From a virus (lineage: Duplodnaviria; Caudoviricetes), in IMG/VR virus record IMGVR_UViG_3300020576_002081, positions 20,861 to 84,860 of that record: a stretch of DNA of 64,000 bases, one strand, 5' to 3'. A program made the position numbers and the translations under genes. Under the pieces are notes generated by a model that was not told the origin of the DNA, ran no database searches, and was given only the letters and a program-made list of their open reading frames with translations. Below are positions 18,703 to 30,000 of this stretch, in pieces; positions within the stretch are counted from its first letter, which is position 1; every line of letters begins with the position of its first letter.

Positions 18703-19430
18703 TATTTACCAAATTTTATTTTACTACGTTTAATTGCACTTATAGCACCTTTTGTAACATTATATAGTTTACCTATTTGTTCAAAAGTAAGTTCTTTTTT
18801 ATCTATTAAGTCTAAAATTTCTAATCTTTGTTGTTCTGTTAGTTTTTGTAACCTTGAAAATTGATTAGTTCTATTAATTAAATGTTTTTCGTTTTCAGAA
18901 ATTACATAATTAGGTACATCATTCCAACTTCTACCAGATTTTATTTCAGATATTGTGGTAATACCTACATTATAAGTTTCTGATATTTTTCTTAAAGGTG
19001 TGTTATAAGCAATTAATTTTTTAATTTCTATTACATTTTTTAATGTAAGTTTAGAATTTCTTTGACCTGCTTTAAACAACTCTATTCTTTTTTTAGACAT
19101 TTTTTCTTTTATAGAATCATCATATTCTAAAGAATCTCCTCCTGTTGTTAAATTCATACCCAAATCATTTACTTTTCTGAATGAATTAAATTGTATTATA
19201 TATTTAGCCTCAAGAGTATTAAGTTCTTTTTTTGTAAAGTTTCCTATTTCTAAAATATCAAATTTATGATTTTCTATACCATACTTTAAAAAACTTCTAT
19301 ATAATAACAACTGATTTTTACAACATTGTAATTTTTTATACCTACTAATTCTTTCATTTACATTTTTAGATTGACCAATGTAAATACTTCCTTTTGGATT
19401 TTCTATTTTATATATTCCTGATTTATTCAT
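18702..19430 (-). CDS. Free-standing GIY-YIG homing endonuclease with NUMOD3/HTH-like C-terminal domains
   Basis: SGIYKIENPKGSIYIGQS....R...Y, LE..YI, G.NLT.GG. Start taken at MNKSG (19430). Confidence 0.88.
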   Translation of the reverse strand: MNKSGIYKIENPKGSIYIGQSKNVNERISRYKKLQCCKNQLLLYRSFLKYGIENHKFDILEIGNFTKKELNTLEAKYIIQFNSFRKVNDLGMNLTTGGDSLEYDDSIKEKMSKKRIELFKAGQRNSKLTLKNVIEIKKLIAYNTPLRKISETYNVGITTISEIKSGRSWNDVPNYVISENEKHLINRTNQFSRLQKLTEQQRLEILDLIDKKELTFEQIGKLYNVTKGAISAIKRSKIKFGK

Positions 19431-19434
19431 ACTG

Positions 19435-19466
19435 CAAAGATACAAAAAGTATATTAGAAATCCAAA
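19435..19466 (-). promoter_or_regulatory. Bacteroidota primary-sigma-type promoter (TTTG-N20-TATCTTTG) for the free-standing endonuclease
   Basis: On the minus strand, TTTG (19466-19463), a 20-nt spacer, TATCTTTG (19442-19435), then ATG 4 nt downstream. Matches the TTTG-N19-21-TAnnTTTG consensus. Confidence 0.7.
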
Positions 19467-21077
19467 TTAATTACAATCTATTTTTAAATCCCCCGACTTT
19501 TGTAAGTCTTTGATAATCTGTTCAATATCTCCTAAATTTCTTCCTTTTTGGTAGAGGTCAGATTGTACTTCTAATATTCTACGAGTTTTAGGATTTCCTT
19601 TTAATAAATCAGATAAATATCCTGTTGTACTAATTACTTTAGATTTATCTACTTTAGCTACAGTAGCATCTATATCTGATTTCCAATCTTCAAATCCATA
19701 AGTAGCTCCCCTAGCATCAAATCTTTTCTTAAATTCATCTTTAGGTATAGTAATTACTTTGTCAAATTCAGACATTCTTTCTTTTAGAATATTAGTATTT
19801 GAAACAAATAATCTTTTACCTTCTTTTTTAGCTTGTACTTTTAATCTATCAAATAGATTAAGCATAAATTGATTATATTCTTTAGGTTTTCTCCCTTTAT
19901 ATTCTTGTCTTGTTTCAGAACCTCTATTTTTATCTATAAAAGCATTAACTTCATCTGCATAATCATCATCTAAAGTAATAAAATCATTACTTCCTTTTTG
20001 TTTTAAATAACTTTTTCCAATAGTAGGATGCCCAAATATTACTTTATCATTTTTAGTTATAGGATTATATTGAGCAGTTTCACTATTTAAAAAATCATCT
20101 TCTTCTTTCCAACCAACTACTTTATTTTCTTTATCATCACTTCTAAACCAGCCAATACCATTATCAGTAGCAAATTGAGCATGACCTTTAATAGAAGGAA
20201 CTATTTGAGGAGTAGCTATTTCATTCTCTGTATAGTTAGTACCTCCTGGAACTGTTAAATTGGAATAATGTGAACTATTTCTATCTATTATTTTAGGTAA
20301 TAATTTCTTAGCAGTTTCATTAAACTCTCTTTTAGTTATCTTTTTATCATCTTTATAAAAATAAGTATGTTCTTCTCCATCAAATTCCAGTTCAGTTCTT
20401 TGTGTATATTTACTTCCTTCATATTCAAAATCTTCATAACCACTATTTCCTCCATAATCTGCTAATTCAGCATTGTCTTTAAATCTATAATCTGTTTTAT
20501 CTTTAGCAGTATTAATCTCAATAGTATAACTATAATTAGCTAATAAATCAGTAACAATTTCTTCTCTATTAGTTTTATTTAAACCTAATATTAATTCTTT
20601 TTGATATTTAGATATAGCAAGCTCAGTAAGAATTTTATTCAAATCCCATTTATTCTTTTCACCTTTATCAAATATTTGTTTAGCTTTATCAGATTGTAAT
20701 ATATCAATAGCTTTTATACCCTGATTAACATCATTTTCTTTTAAACTAAATAATTTTCTTTGATTAGGATTATTAGTATATTTAGGTAATAAATTCTTAA
20801 CATTAACATACACATGTTGTCTATTGGTAGGAGTTTTAGTCCAACCAACAACTGGTGTACCGTATTCAGAATTAATAGCACCAACTAATCTCCTACCATC
20901 ATTTATCTTACTTATATTATTAGAATGTTCAAATAATATTTGGTTCCACATATCAAATAACTTTGATTTATGTAATTTATCAAATATCTCATTATGAACA
21001 TTGTTTAATTGTTCACGAACATTCTCATCATTAGTGATGTTCTTAATATAACTTTTTATTTCACACTTTTTACTCAT
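19467..21077 (-). CDS. Virion cargo / polyvalent-type protein with an inserted P-loop kinase-like domain
   Basis: 536 aa; Walker A-like GHPTIGKS (20033-20010); RILEVQSD. Confidence 0.75.
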   Translation of the reverse strand: MSKKCEIKSYIKNITNDENVREQLNNVHNEIFDKLHKSKLFDMWNQILFEHSNNISKINDGRRLVGAINSEYGTPVVGWTKTPTNRQHVYVNVKNLLPKYTNNPNQRKLFSLKENDVNQGIKAIDILQSDKAKQIFDKGEKNKWDLNKILTELAISKYQKELILGLNKTNREEIVTDLLANYSYTIEINTAKDKTDYRFKDNAELADYGGNSGYEDFEYEGSKYTQRTELEFDGEEHTYFYKDDKKITKREFNETAKKLLPKIIDRNSSHYSNLTVPGGTNYTENEIATPQIVPSIKGHAQFATDNGIGWFRSDDKENKVVGWKEEDDFLNSETAQYNPITKNDKVIFGHPTIGKSYLKQKGSNDFITLDDDYADEVNAFIDKNRGSETRQEYKGRKPKEYNQFMLNLFDRLKVQAKKEGKRLFVSNTNILKERMSEFDKVITIPKDEFKKRFDARGATYGFEDWKSDIDATVAKVDKSKVISTTGYLSDLLKGNPKTRRILEVQSDLYQKGRNLGDIEQIIKDLQKSGDLKIDCN

Positions 21078-21078
21078 T

Positions 21079-24000
21079 TTAACAATCTTCAGGGTTTTTA
21101 GTAGTTCCTTCTTCAGGATTTATATCTTCATTTATAAAATTCTCATTTACTTCACCAAATAAATTATTAGCATAACCTTCATATTCTTCATTAGGAATAT
21201 TCTCTTCAAGTACAGGTTTGTTTAATTTTTCAATATTCTCATCTACTTGTTTATCATTATTATACTTTAAATAAGATTTCTCTATATTAATATAAGGATT
21301 TATTTCAAATAAATAGCCTGGTTTACCTAAAATTGTTGTTTTTTCATAAGAAAAATCATCAGTTTTAACATAAATTTCAGGTTTTCTATTAAATTTATCA
21401 TAAACACTTATATATTTAGGAGTATTTAATACTCTACCATCTTCATTATAAGTATACCAAATCATATCGTTTGCTCTACCTGCAGCTTTAACTAAAGCTT
21501 CGTTAGTAACAAGTTTATTAGGTAACGGTTCATTAGATTTAACATTAAACATTTCACCATCAAATTTCTTAGTAAAATCTTTACTATTATTTCTGATAAT
21601 TAAATCTACTAATCTAGCTTCATCAACACCTGATAAAACAACCATATCATCTTTTAGGTTAGATATAAGATTCTTTCTATAATCGTTATAACCTAAATCT
21701 TTAAGTATTTCAGGACTAATAAATTGTGAATAGCTATTTAAACCTCTAAAGAATCCTGTAGTTAAGAATGAATGTTTAATAAAATCAATAGCTAATGGTT
21801 TAGTATTTACATTTCTATATAAAGCTGTAAAAGCTTCAATAATATTATTTTTAACTTGTAAATCTAATCTATTACCTTTAGATTGTATATACCAAATCTT
21901 ATTTTGCTTATCTAATTCAATTTTAATATTTTGAATAAATAAGTTATTTTTAATTTGTTCGTAAGTATTAGCTCCAATCTTAAGATCTTTATTATTAGTA
22001 TCTTTAATATTCTTAATCATTACAGGAAACTTATTTAATAAATGATTGTAATTATCAGGAACATCTTTAAATACATCAGTCATATAATCAGTATAAGTTC
22101 TAATGAAGTTATTCATATATTGTCTTTCTTCAATAGATACTTCATTTAAAGATTTCTTACTTTGATTCTTAATAACAGCATTCTTAATATTCATATAAGC
22201 ATTTGTTGAATAAGGAAAGTAAGATTCAAACCAATCTAAAGCATACTCATGAGTAGACCATGTTTCTTTCAAACTAGGTACTGAGTCAATATTAAAACCT
22301 TTAACAATATTAGAACCGTTAATATTATCAAGAATATCTCTCTTAGCTATAATATCTTCAATATTAGGACCTACTTCTTTGTTTATAGCAAAGAATTTAT
22401 TAATCTTAACAAGTTCTTTAGCTATAGATTCAATATTCTTAAATTGATTTAATACTCTAACTTGATAACTATAATATTCTAATAATTCTAAAGGATTAGC
22501 TTTTTTAAAACTTAATTTATTCTTACCTTCAACAGAATGACCTTTTAATATTTCATCACCATCAATCCTGTAGGTTTCGATAATATTGAGCATATCTTTT
22601 TCATTAATATCAACATGTTCAGGTTTATTACTATTCATAACTTTAATATAACCTTGATAAGTAGGATTATCTTTATCCTCTAACTTATCTAAAGAACTTT
22701 CAGCTAATTTAGTATAAGAATCAATTAAATCATCTATTTGTAAATAACCTTCATTAACATCTTTAACCTTATTCTTATTACCAGCTAATATTTTACTTAA
22801 GTGTTTAACAGCAGGTTGTGAAGTAAACATTAAAGCAGTTTTCATATTAACACCAGATCTAATCATAGTTGCTAATACATCTATAGTATTATTATTAATA
22901 CCAAGTGGTTCAAGTAAAGGATTCTTAATATCATCTAATATAGCAGCCATGATACTAGCTAATTCATCGGCAATAAGTTTCCCATTATCAGTGTATAAAC
23001 CACTGAAGTTTGTTCTGTTAGAACCATTTATATTAACACTTCTAGTAATATCTAAACTACCATCTTCATTATAATCAGTACTATTTAAATCCATTAATAC
23101 ACCATATGAATGACCAGATACGTGTAAAGCAGCTTGTCCTTTCAAAGCAATACCAATGTGATTTCTTTCTTTAAAATCTCTTTGTGTTCTAGAGCTAAAG
23201 AAATTATATTCATCATAATTAGGAAAATAAGTCTTTTGAAAATTCTCAAGTTGAGTAAATCCAGATGGAGAAACTAATAAATGTAAGTTATTTATGCTAG
23301 TCAATAAAGTTAAATAGTTATCAACTATATTGTTATTTCTACTAGCTCTAACATTTTGTTCTTTAACACTAAGCTCTTCAAAATCTTCATAACTTAATTT
23401 TTCTTTAGGACTAACGGTATATGAATATTGATAATATCTACTTTGAGTAGACTTCTTATCAGTACCAGTATAATATTTATAAGGTATTAAATTATTATTT
23501 TCATCCTTAAAGAATTCTTTACCAAAGAAATAAACCTTATCAAAGTCAAAGTCAGCTCCAAATTGAGTTGTTACTTCATAAGGTAATAATATAAAGTTAC
23601 CCATAGTTGGAGGTAAGAATTTAACAACTTTAATAGGCATCATTGAGTGTAAACCTTCAGTAGGAATACGATAAGCTATCAATTGTTTTAACTCATCTGG
23701 TATAGAATCTATATCAATAAGATTACCTTTTTTATCAAAGAATTCTTTAGTCCAAGCAGGCATAGCACATTCAGCATAAGATATCTTACCATCTTCTGGT
23801 TTAATCCATTTAAGATCTGTTTGTAAATCTAAAGCTTCTTGTGGAAGATTATCTTGTTGTTCAGCTAAGTTTTTATATTTAAAACCTAAAGCAGTAGCTT
23901 GTACTGCACTACCACCAACACTAAACTTTTGTTTAATAACATTATTAGTAAATATACTACTAATCATATTTTCAACTTGTGTAGCAATATTACCAGAGTC

Positions 24001-27000
24001 TAAAGCATATTCAAAATTACCGTTAACTATATTTAATATCTCTTCAACATTAATTGTAGCTCCACGTTTAGTAACCATTTCTTTAATAAAATGAGCAAAA
24101 TTAATGTTAGATTTAACATCCATTTTATCTTTAAGTTCTTTAAGAGAATCAGCTAAATTCTCAGCTTCCATATTAAGAATGTTACTTATTATAACATCAC
24201 CTTTAATATCATTATATAATTTAGATTTATCTATTGAACCTAAAATTAACATTTTAAGTTGCCTCATAGAATCATTACCTTCATCCATATGATCTGGATT
24301 ATCTACTTGTACACCGAAGTTATCAGTACTTAAATCTAATTTAAGGTACTCTACATCATCACTAATCGTATTTCTAAAGCCTATAGCAGCTTTAAATGAT
24401 GATTCATGAGCAATCATATCAACACCATCAGTAAGCATTTGTTCACGCTTCTTAGCAAGTAAAGGATTTAAATCACAATATCCTTTAAATAAAGGTAACA
24501 TTGCACATTTAACCTGTTCAAACTTTTGTTTTTCAAATTTAGGATCAAATCTGTTACCAAAGTAATATGGTTTAATACCACCTAATAAACGATGTAATGA
24601 TTCTTTAATATTACCTTTAGAACCATTTTCAATTATATCAAAAGCTTCTTGCATTTCAGAAGTCCACGTACCTCTTGCAACATGTATTCTTTTATAGAAT
24701 TCAGGTGATATATATACTTGAGCATCAGTAACATTTATACCTTCTGAATACTTACCAGCAATTTCTTCTATCTCAGCATCAGTAAAACCTTGAGATTTTA
24801 AAGTATCAACAATAGAATTATAACTTTCAGAAGCTACTTCAACGTCTTTAACAACAACAGTTTTAATAATTTTATTTATAAAATTACCAAATACAGTCAT
24901 TGCTTGACTTTGATAAGTACGCTTTTGTAAATCTTTAGGTTTATATTGAGCAAAATCACCATTAAATATATTACTAAATTCAATATTGTGCAATAAAGTA
25001 TTAAGGCTAAAATTAGCTATAAGATGTTTTATTTGTCTATCTTGAACCTCTTCAGAATTTTCAACTTGCTCTTGTATACCATCAACAAATTTAGTTTCAG
25101 AAGTTAATTGTAAAGATTTATTTTTATATAAACCATTAGGTAATCTTTCAATTAAACCTTTTCTTTCAAATTCTTTAACAGATTCTTTATAATCTTTATT
25201 AAGTTCAGCTTCTAATAATTTCATTATACTTTGTCTAGTATCAAGATTATCAAAAGCTTTAATTATATCATTTTTATTAGCTGAAGATTCAAATATTTCT
25301 TTAGTCATAGCTAATACCTTATTATTAAACCCTAAAGAAAAATAATTAAACTTGTAAGCTTGACCATCAAATAAAGTAGGTATAACATCCCAATCAAGTT
25401 TATCTTCAAGTATCATATTAGATAACTTTTTAAAACTAGATTTAGACATATGATAATGTTCTTCTAATTCATTTAAATTATATTTACCTTCACCTTTATT
25501 AGCTATAATATCATTTTTAACATTATTAGCTTTAGCTATTCTAATAGCTTCAGATAATACAACATTATAGTATTTATTAAAGATAGGTGATTTCCTTAAA
25601 TCTAAGTCAGAACCATCAACAGGATCTATAGCCACATCATATCTACTAGCATCAATTATTACACACATTGTTTTATCAGATGGTGTAATATATATGTATT
25701 TGCTAACAGGCATTGTAGTTTGTTTTTGACTATTAACAGCGGTATTTTGGAATAAAGCTACTTCAGTATTCAAATAATCTTTAGGTGTTAATGAAGTAAA
25801 TCCAACACCTTCTCTAGAACCTCTTTCATCTTTAAAACTATCCATATAACTAACTTTAAAAGACTCTCTATATTCTTTATTATCAAGAGCTTCTAATAAA
25901 TTAGATTTGTAGTAAAAATCATCTTTTTGTAAGTCTGCTTTCCAAAGTTTAAACTTATCTCTATTTTTAATTTTAGCAACAGTCTTACTAATAAACGATG
26001 GTAATTGTATTGTATAAATATTCTTATTCTCACCATTAATAAACGATGAGGTATATTTTTCCATTAAGTTATCTACTTCATAAGCTACTAATTGTGATAA
26101 AGCTTTACGACCTTCTTTCTCTTCATTAATAGGAAAATCAGAAGCATACCATTTCATTAATGTAGTTACTTGATTCTTCCAAACAGATATGTCTGAAGAT
26201 AATATCTTTTTAAGTACTTCAGGAGTATATTCTATACCTACTTTATTTAATAAAGCATTAACAGATTCGTAAGATATGAGCTTACTAAATAATTTATCCC
26301 AAGCTTGTAATACATCTTTAGCTTTAGAAGCATCAATAACCCTATTACCATCTTTATCATAATAACCTACAACATCTTTAGTAGGGTCTGCAACATTAAT
26401 TTCAAACTGATTAAATATTTCACGACCTAAACTACTTCTATTAGCATCAATTATCTTATAACTATAATTACCATTTTCATTATCAAACTTAATAAGTGTA
26501 TAAGCTAATTGTTGTTTACTAAAGTTAGTTTTAAAATCATTAACTAATAAATCAAATTGCTCTTGTGACATTTCAGAAGGTTTATTAGATAACTTATCTA
26601 TAATTTGATTTAAGACAGGTCTGTTTATAGCAAGCTCCTTAAGAACATTCAATTGTTCAGACAATTCATATTTATCAATAAGATTACGTTCTATGTAATA
26701 ATATAAATCTGAAAATTCATGGTATTGAGTAACACCCAAATTATCTTTAACAACATTACCATCTTTAATAATAGGTATTGATGATAAGAATAATTTAAGT
26801 CTTGTACTAGCAGAACTTAAACCACTAATACTAGTCCATTCACCTAAACCTTTAACAGTTTTAGATTCTAAACTATAAGTTTCAATATCTTCAACAGATT
26901 CTTGAGTTAAGTCTGTTTTAAATTCTAAAACACCTTCCTCTTGAACTTCAATCTCCTCTTTAATAGTATTATAACCTAAAACTAATTTAGATTTTATATT

Positions 27001-30000
27001 TCTATATTCAAGATATTTCTTAACTTCATTCCATATATCAGGAAAGTTAACAATAATTCTAGCACATTCTTTTTCATCAGCTTCTGAAAGTTTACCAGAA
27101 ACTAATTCTTTTTTGTAAGAATCTTGTATATTTTTAAGAATAGTAAAAGAATCTACCTTTTGTTCATTAAAAATAGCTTGTTGATATTCAGCCAGAAATT
27201 TGTTCCCTATTGATTTAACAATCTTAACCTTAGTACTAACACCTAATTTACTATTAAGTGCTTTAGAATAAGCGTATTCGTTAAATAAAGACCTATTTAC
27301 AACACTATTAGACTTACTATTTAAAGTAGCTAATCTACCAGCATTAATATTTGAAAATAAATCATCTATGGTTGTGGTATCATTTGATTTAAATATTCTA
27401 TAAAAGTTGAATATTTTATTAAAAAAATCTTTAATCTTGTTTCCAAGTTTAACCCAAAAGTTACTATCATTTCTATCATAAGCGTATTTTGCAAAATCAT
27501 CAGCTAACTTCTCTTCATAATAAAGATAAAGAAGTTGCTCACTACTATATTTATTTTTTAAACTTTGTTTTAAGTTATTAATTTCTAATTCAGTTGGTTG
27601 AGGATATTTAGAAACAGCTTCATTAATTATATCTTGACGTTGTTTAATAGTCAATAGATTTCTAAACACACCATGAAAAGCTTCGTGATATGCAGTTTTC
27701 ATACCTGCTCCCTCGAATAGGTATATAGTACTATCTCTAAATAAACCAAAAGAATCAATCATTACATCTTTTAATTGATATATACTATCAACATCTGATA
27801 ATTTTAATTGAGGTAATCTACTAGATAACCACTTTTGAAATTTAACTTTATTTAATAAAGTGTTATCATGATTGATAGATAAAGCATTATCATCATTAAT
27901 AGGAGTGTCTAAATCAATAGATTTTAATTTATCTTTAACCTTACTGTTTAAATCAGTATCATTAATAGATGGTTGTAATTGATCTAACTCTATATTATCT
28001 TGGGCAGAAGCTTCATTTAATTTTTTAGATATTGATTGAGTATATTCTATATAAGGTTGGACAAAGTATTCCCCTTCAAATGTAGTAACATTTGTTAATA
28101 AGGATTTACGATTTTTCATATCTTCTTGGAAAGAAGGTTTGTTAATATCGTTTATTGAAATATTTTGTTTAACACCTTTCAATCCTTCTAAGAAAGATTT
28201 ATTTTTAAACTTATTGTTTTGAAATTCATCAAGTGTTACTAAACCATTAGCATTCCAAAGTTTAATTACACCACCTTCTTTTTTAATTGTAATAGGTACT
28301 CCTCTTTTAAATTCAGTACTATATACATAAGGTTGTAATCTTCTTATTATATCATTAGGTTCATTATCATTATTTGATGTAGATAAAACTTCACTTATCT
28401 TATCTAAAGTTTCTTTATTTAAAACATTAGGATAAACAGGTATTGGACTCCAATCACCATTTAAATCTTTTACTAACTGAAATACTCTACCTTTTTTAGA
28501 ATCAAACTTATTTAACTTAGCTAATCTTAAGTTAATAGTATTAATAGTTCCTTCATCTAAATCAGTATTATCAGGTAATGTTAATTTACCTAATGAATTA
28601 GAATAAACAAATACTAATTGATTTTCAATCTTATCTTTAGGTCTAGCAGTTTCTAATACATCAAATACAGGATCTATTCTACCTTGTTTATCTAATTTAG
28701 TATATAGATTACCAGTACCTTTATCAAGTACTTTTTCTACAACTTCTTTATTAGAATTAAGTTCTTTTATAATATATTTTCTATAAGTTATTAAACCATC
28801 TCTAAGTCTTTTAGATAAATCAGGATCAGATGATTTAGTAGATATTTCATGAGGTTGTTGAACAAATCCTAATAAATCATTGTCTTTATAAATACCAATA
28901 TGTTTACCATCATAATCTTTAAGTCCTTCATATAAAGAAGAAATCTCAGGAGATACTTCTACGAATTTAAAATTAATAGTATCACCAATTTTAATATCAT
29001 TTATACTCTTAATATTAATATTAGAAGTATTATCTAATTTAGGAAAACCTTCTTGACGTTTAAACTTAAAGAAATCATTGTCAAAATAATGCTCAAATAA
29101 GTGCATCATAGCAACATTATTCTTTCTATTTATACCTTTAGATTCAACTTGATTATCGGTAATAGGATGTTTTTGACTTACTTCATCATCAATAACTAAT
29201 TGATTATTTTCTGATACAACGTCTTGTTCATGTTCATTATCAACATTAATATCAGATTGTTGTATGTTATTATTTTCTAAAGTTGCTAATTCTGCATCGT
29301 ATTTAGCATTGATTTTATCATACTGTCTTGATTTACCAATTTGACTATCAAATTTTTGTTTTTGTTGTTCTAGATAAGTATCTGCATCTTCTTTGTTATT
29401 AAACACTCTTGTTCTTAATATAGGAGCTTTAGATTGTTTACCATCTTTCATTTCCCCATACTCAAGAACTCTGTCTATTATAGTATAACCTTCCCCTTCA
29501 TTTTCTGCAATATTTGCGTCAAAATTATCAGCAGTTTGAACATCTTGAACAATTACGAGCATTCCGTCATTATACTCTTGACCAACTTTAAAGGAATTAG
29601 GATTGTCTTTGTTTATAGGTGTTCCTTTAGTAGATTTTTTTACAGATTCTTTTTCTCTCTCCGTAAAAGATTTTAACTCTTCTTGTCTTCTTCTTTCTAT
29701 ATCAGCTTTTTTACCTTCCACATCTTTCAATGCACTACTAGACTCCTCTTCACTTTCTTTTAAACTACCTTCGCCATAAAATGATTTATTGTCATAAATA
29801 ACATAGAATGGAGATACTTTTTCGTTAGCAATAATATGATTAACAATTTTAACCCCTTTTACTTCTGGATTTGATTTCTGAAAATCATTAAACAGGGAGA
29901 TAATAGCAGGGTTTTCATTTGCTCTTTCAGTTCCATTATATTCTTTTGCAGGGTCATTCCCAATATAAGAACCGCTGTCTGGCTTATTGAACTTGTATCC

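Noticed and set aside
18702-19466. Group I intron around the second GIY-YIG gene
   Set aside because: No P/Q/R/S core on the minus strand and no room for one. The flanking genes have their own stop and start, so the gene is treated as free-standing.
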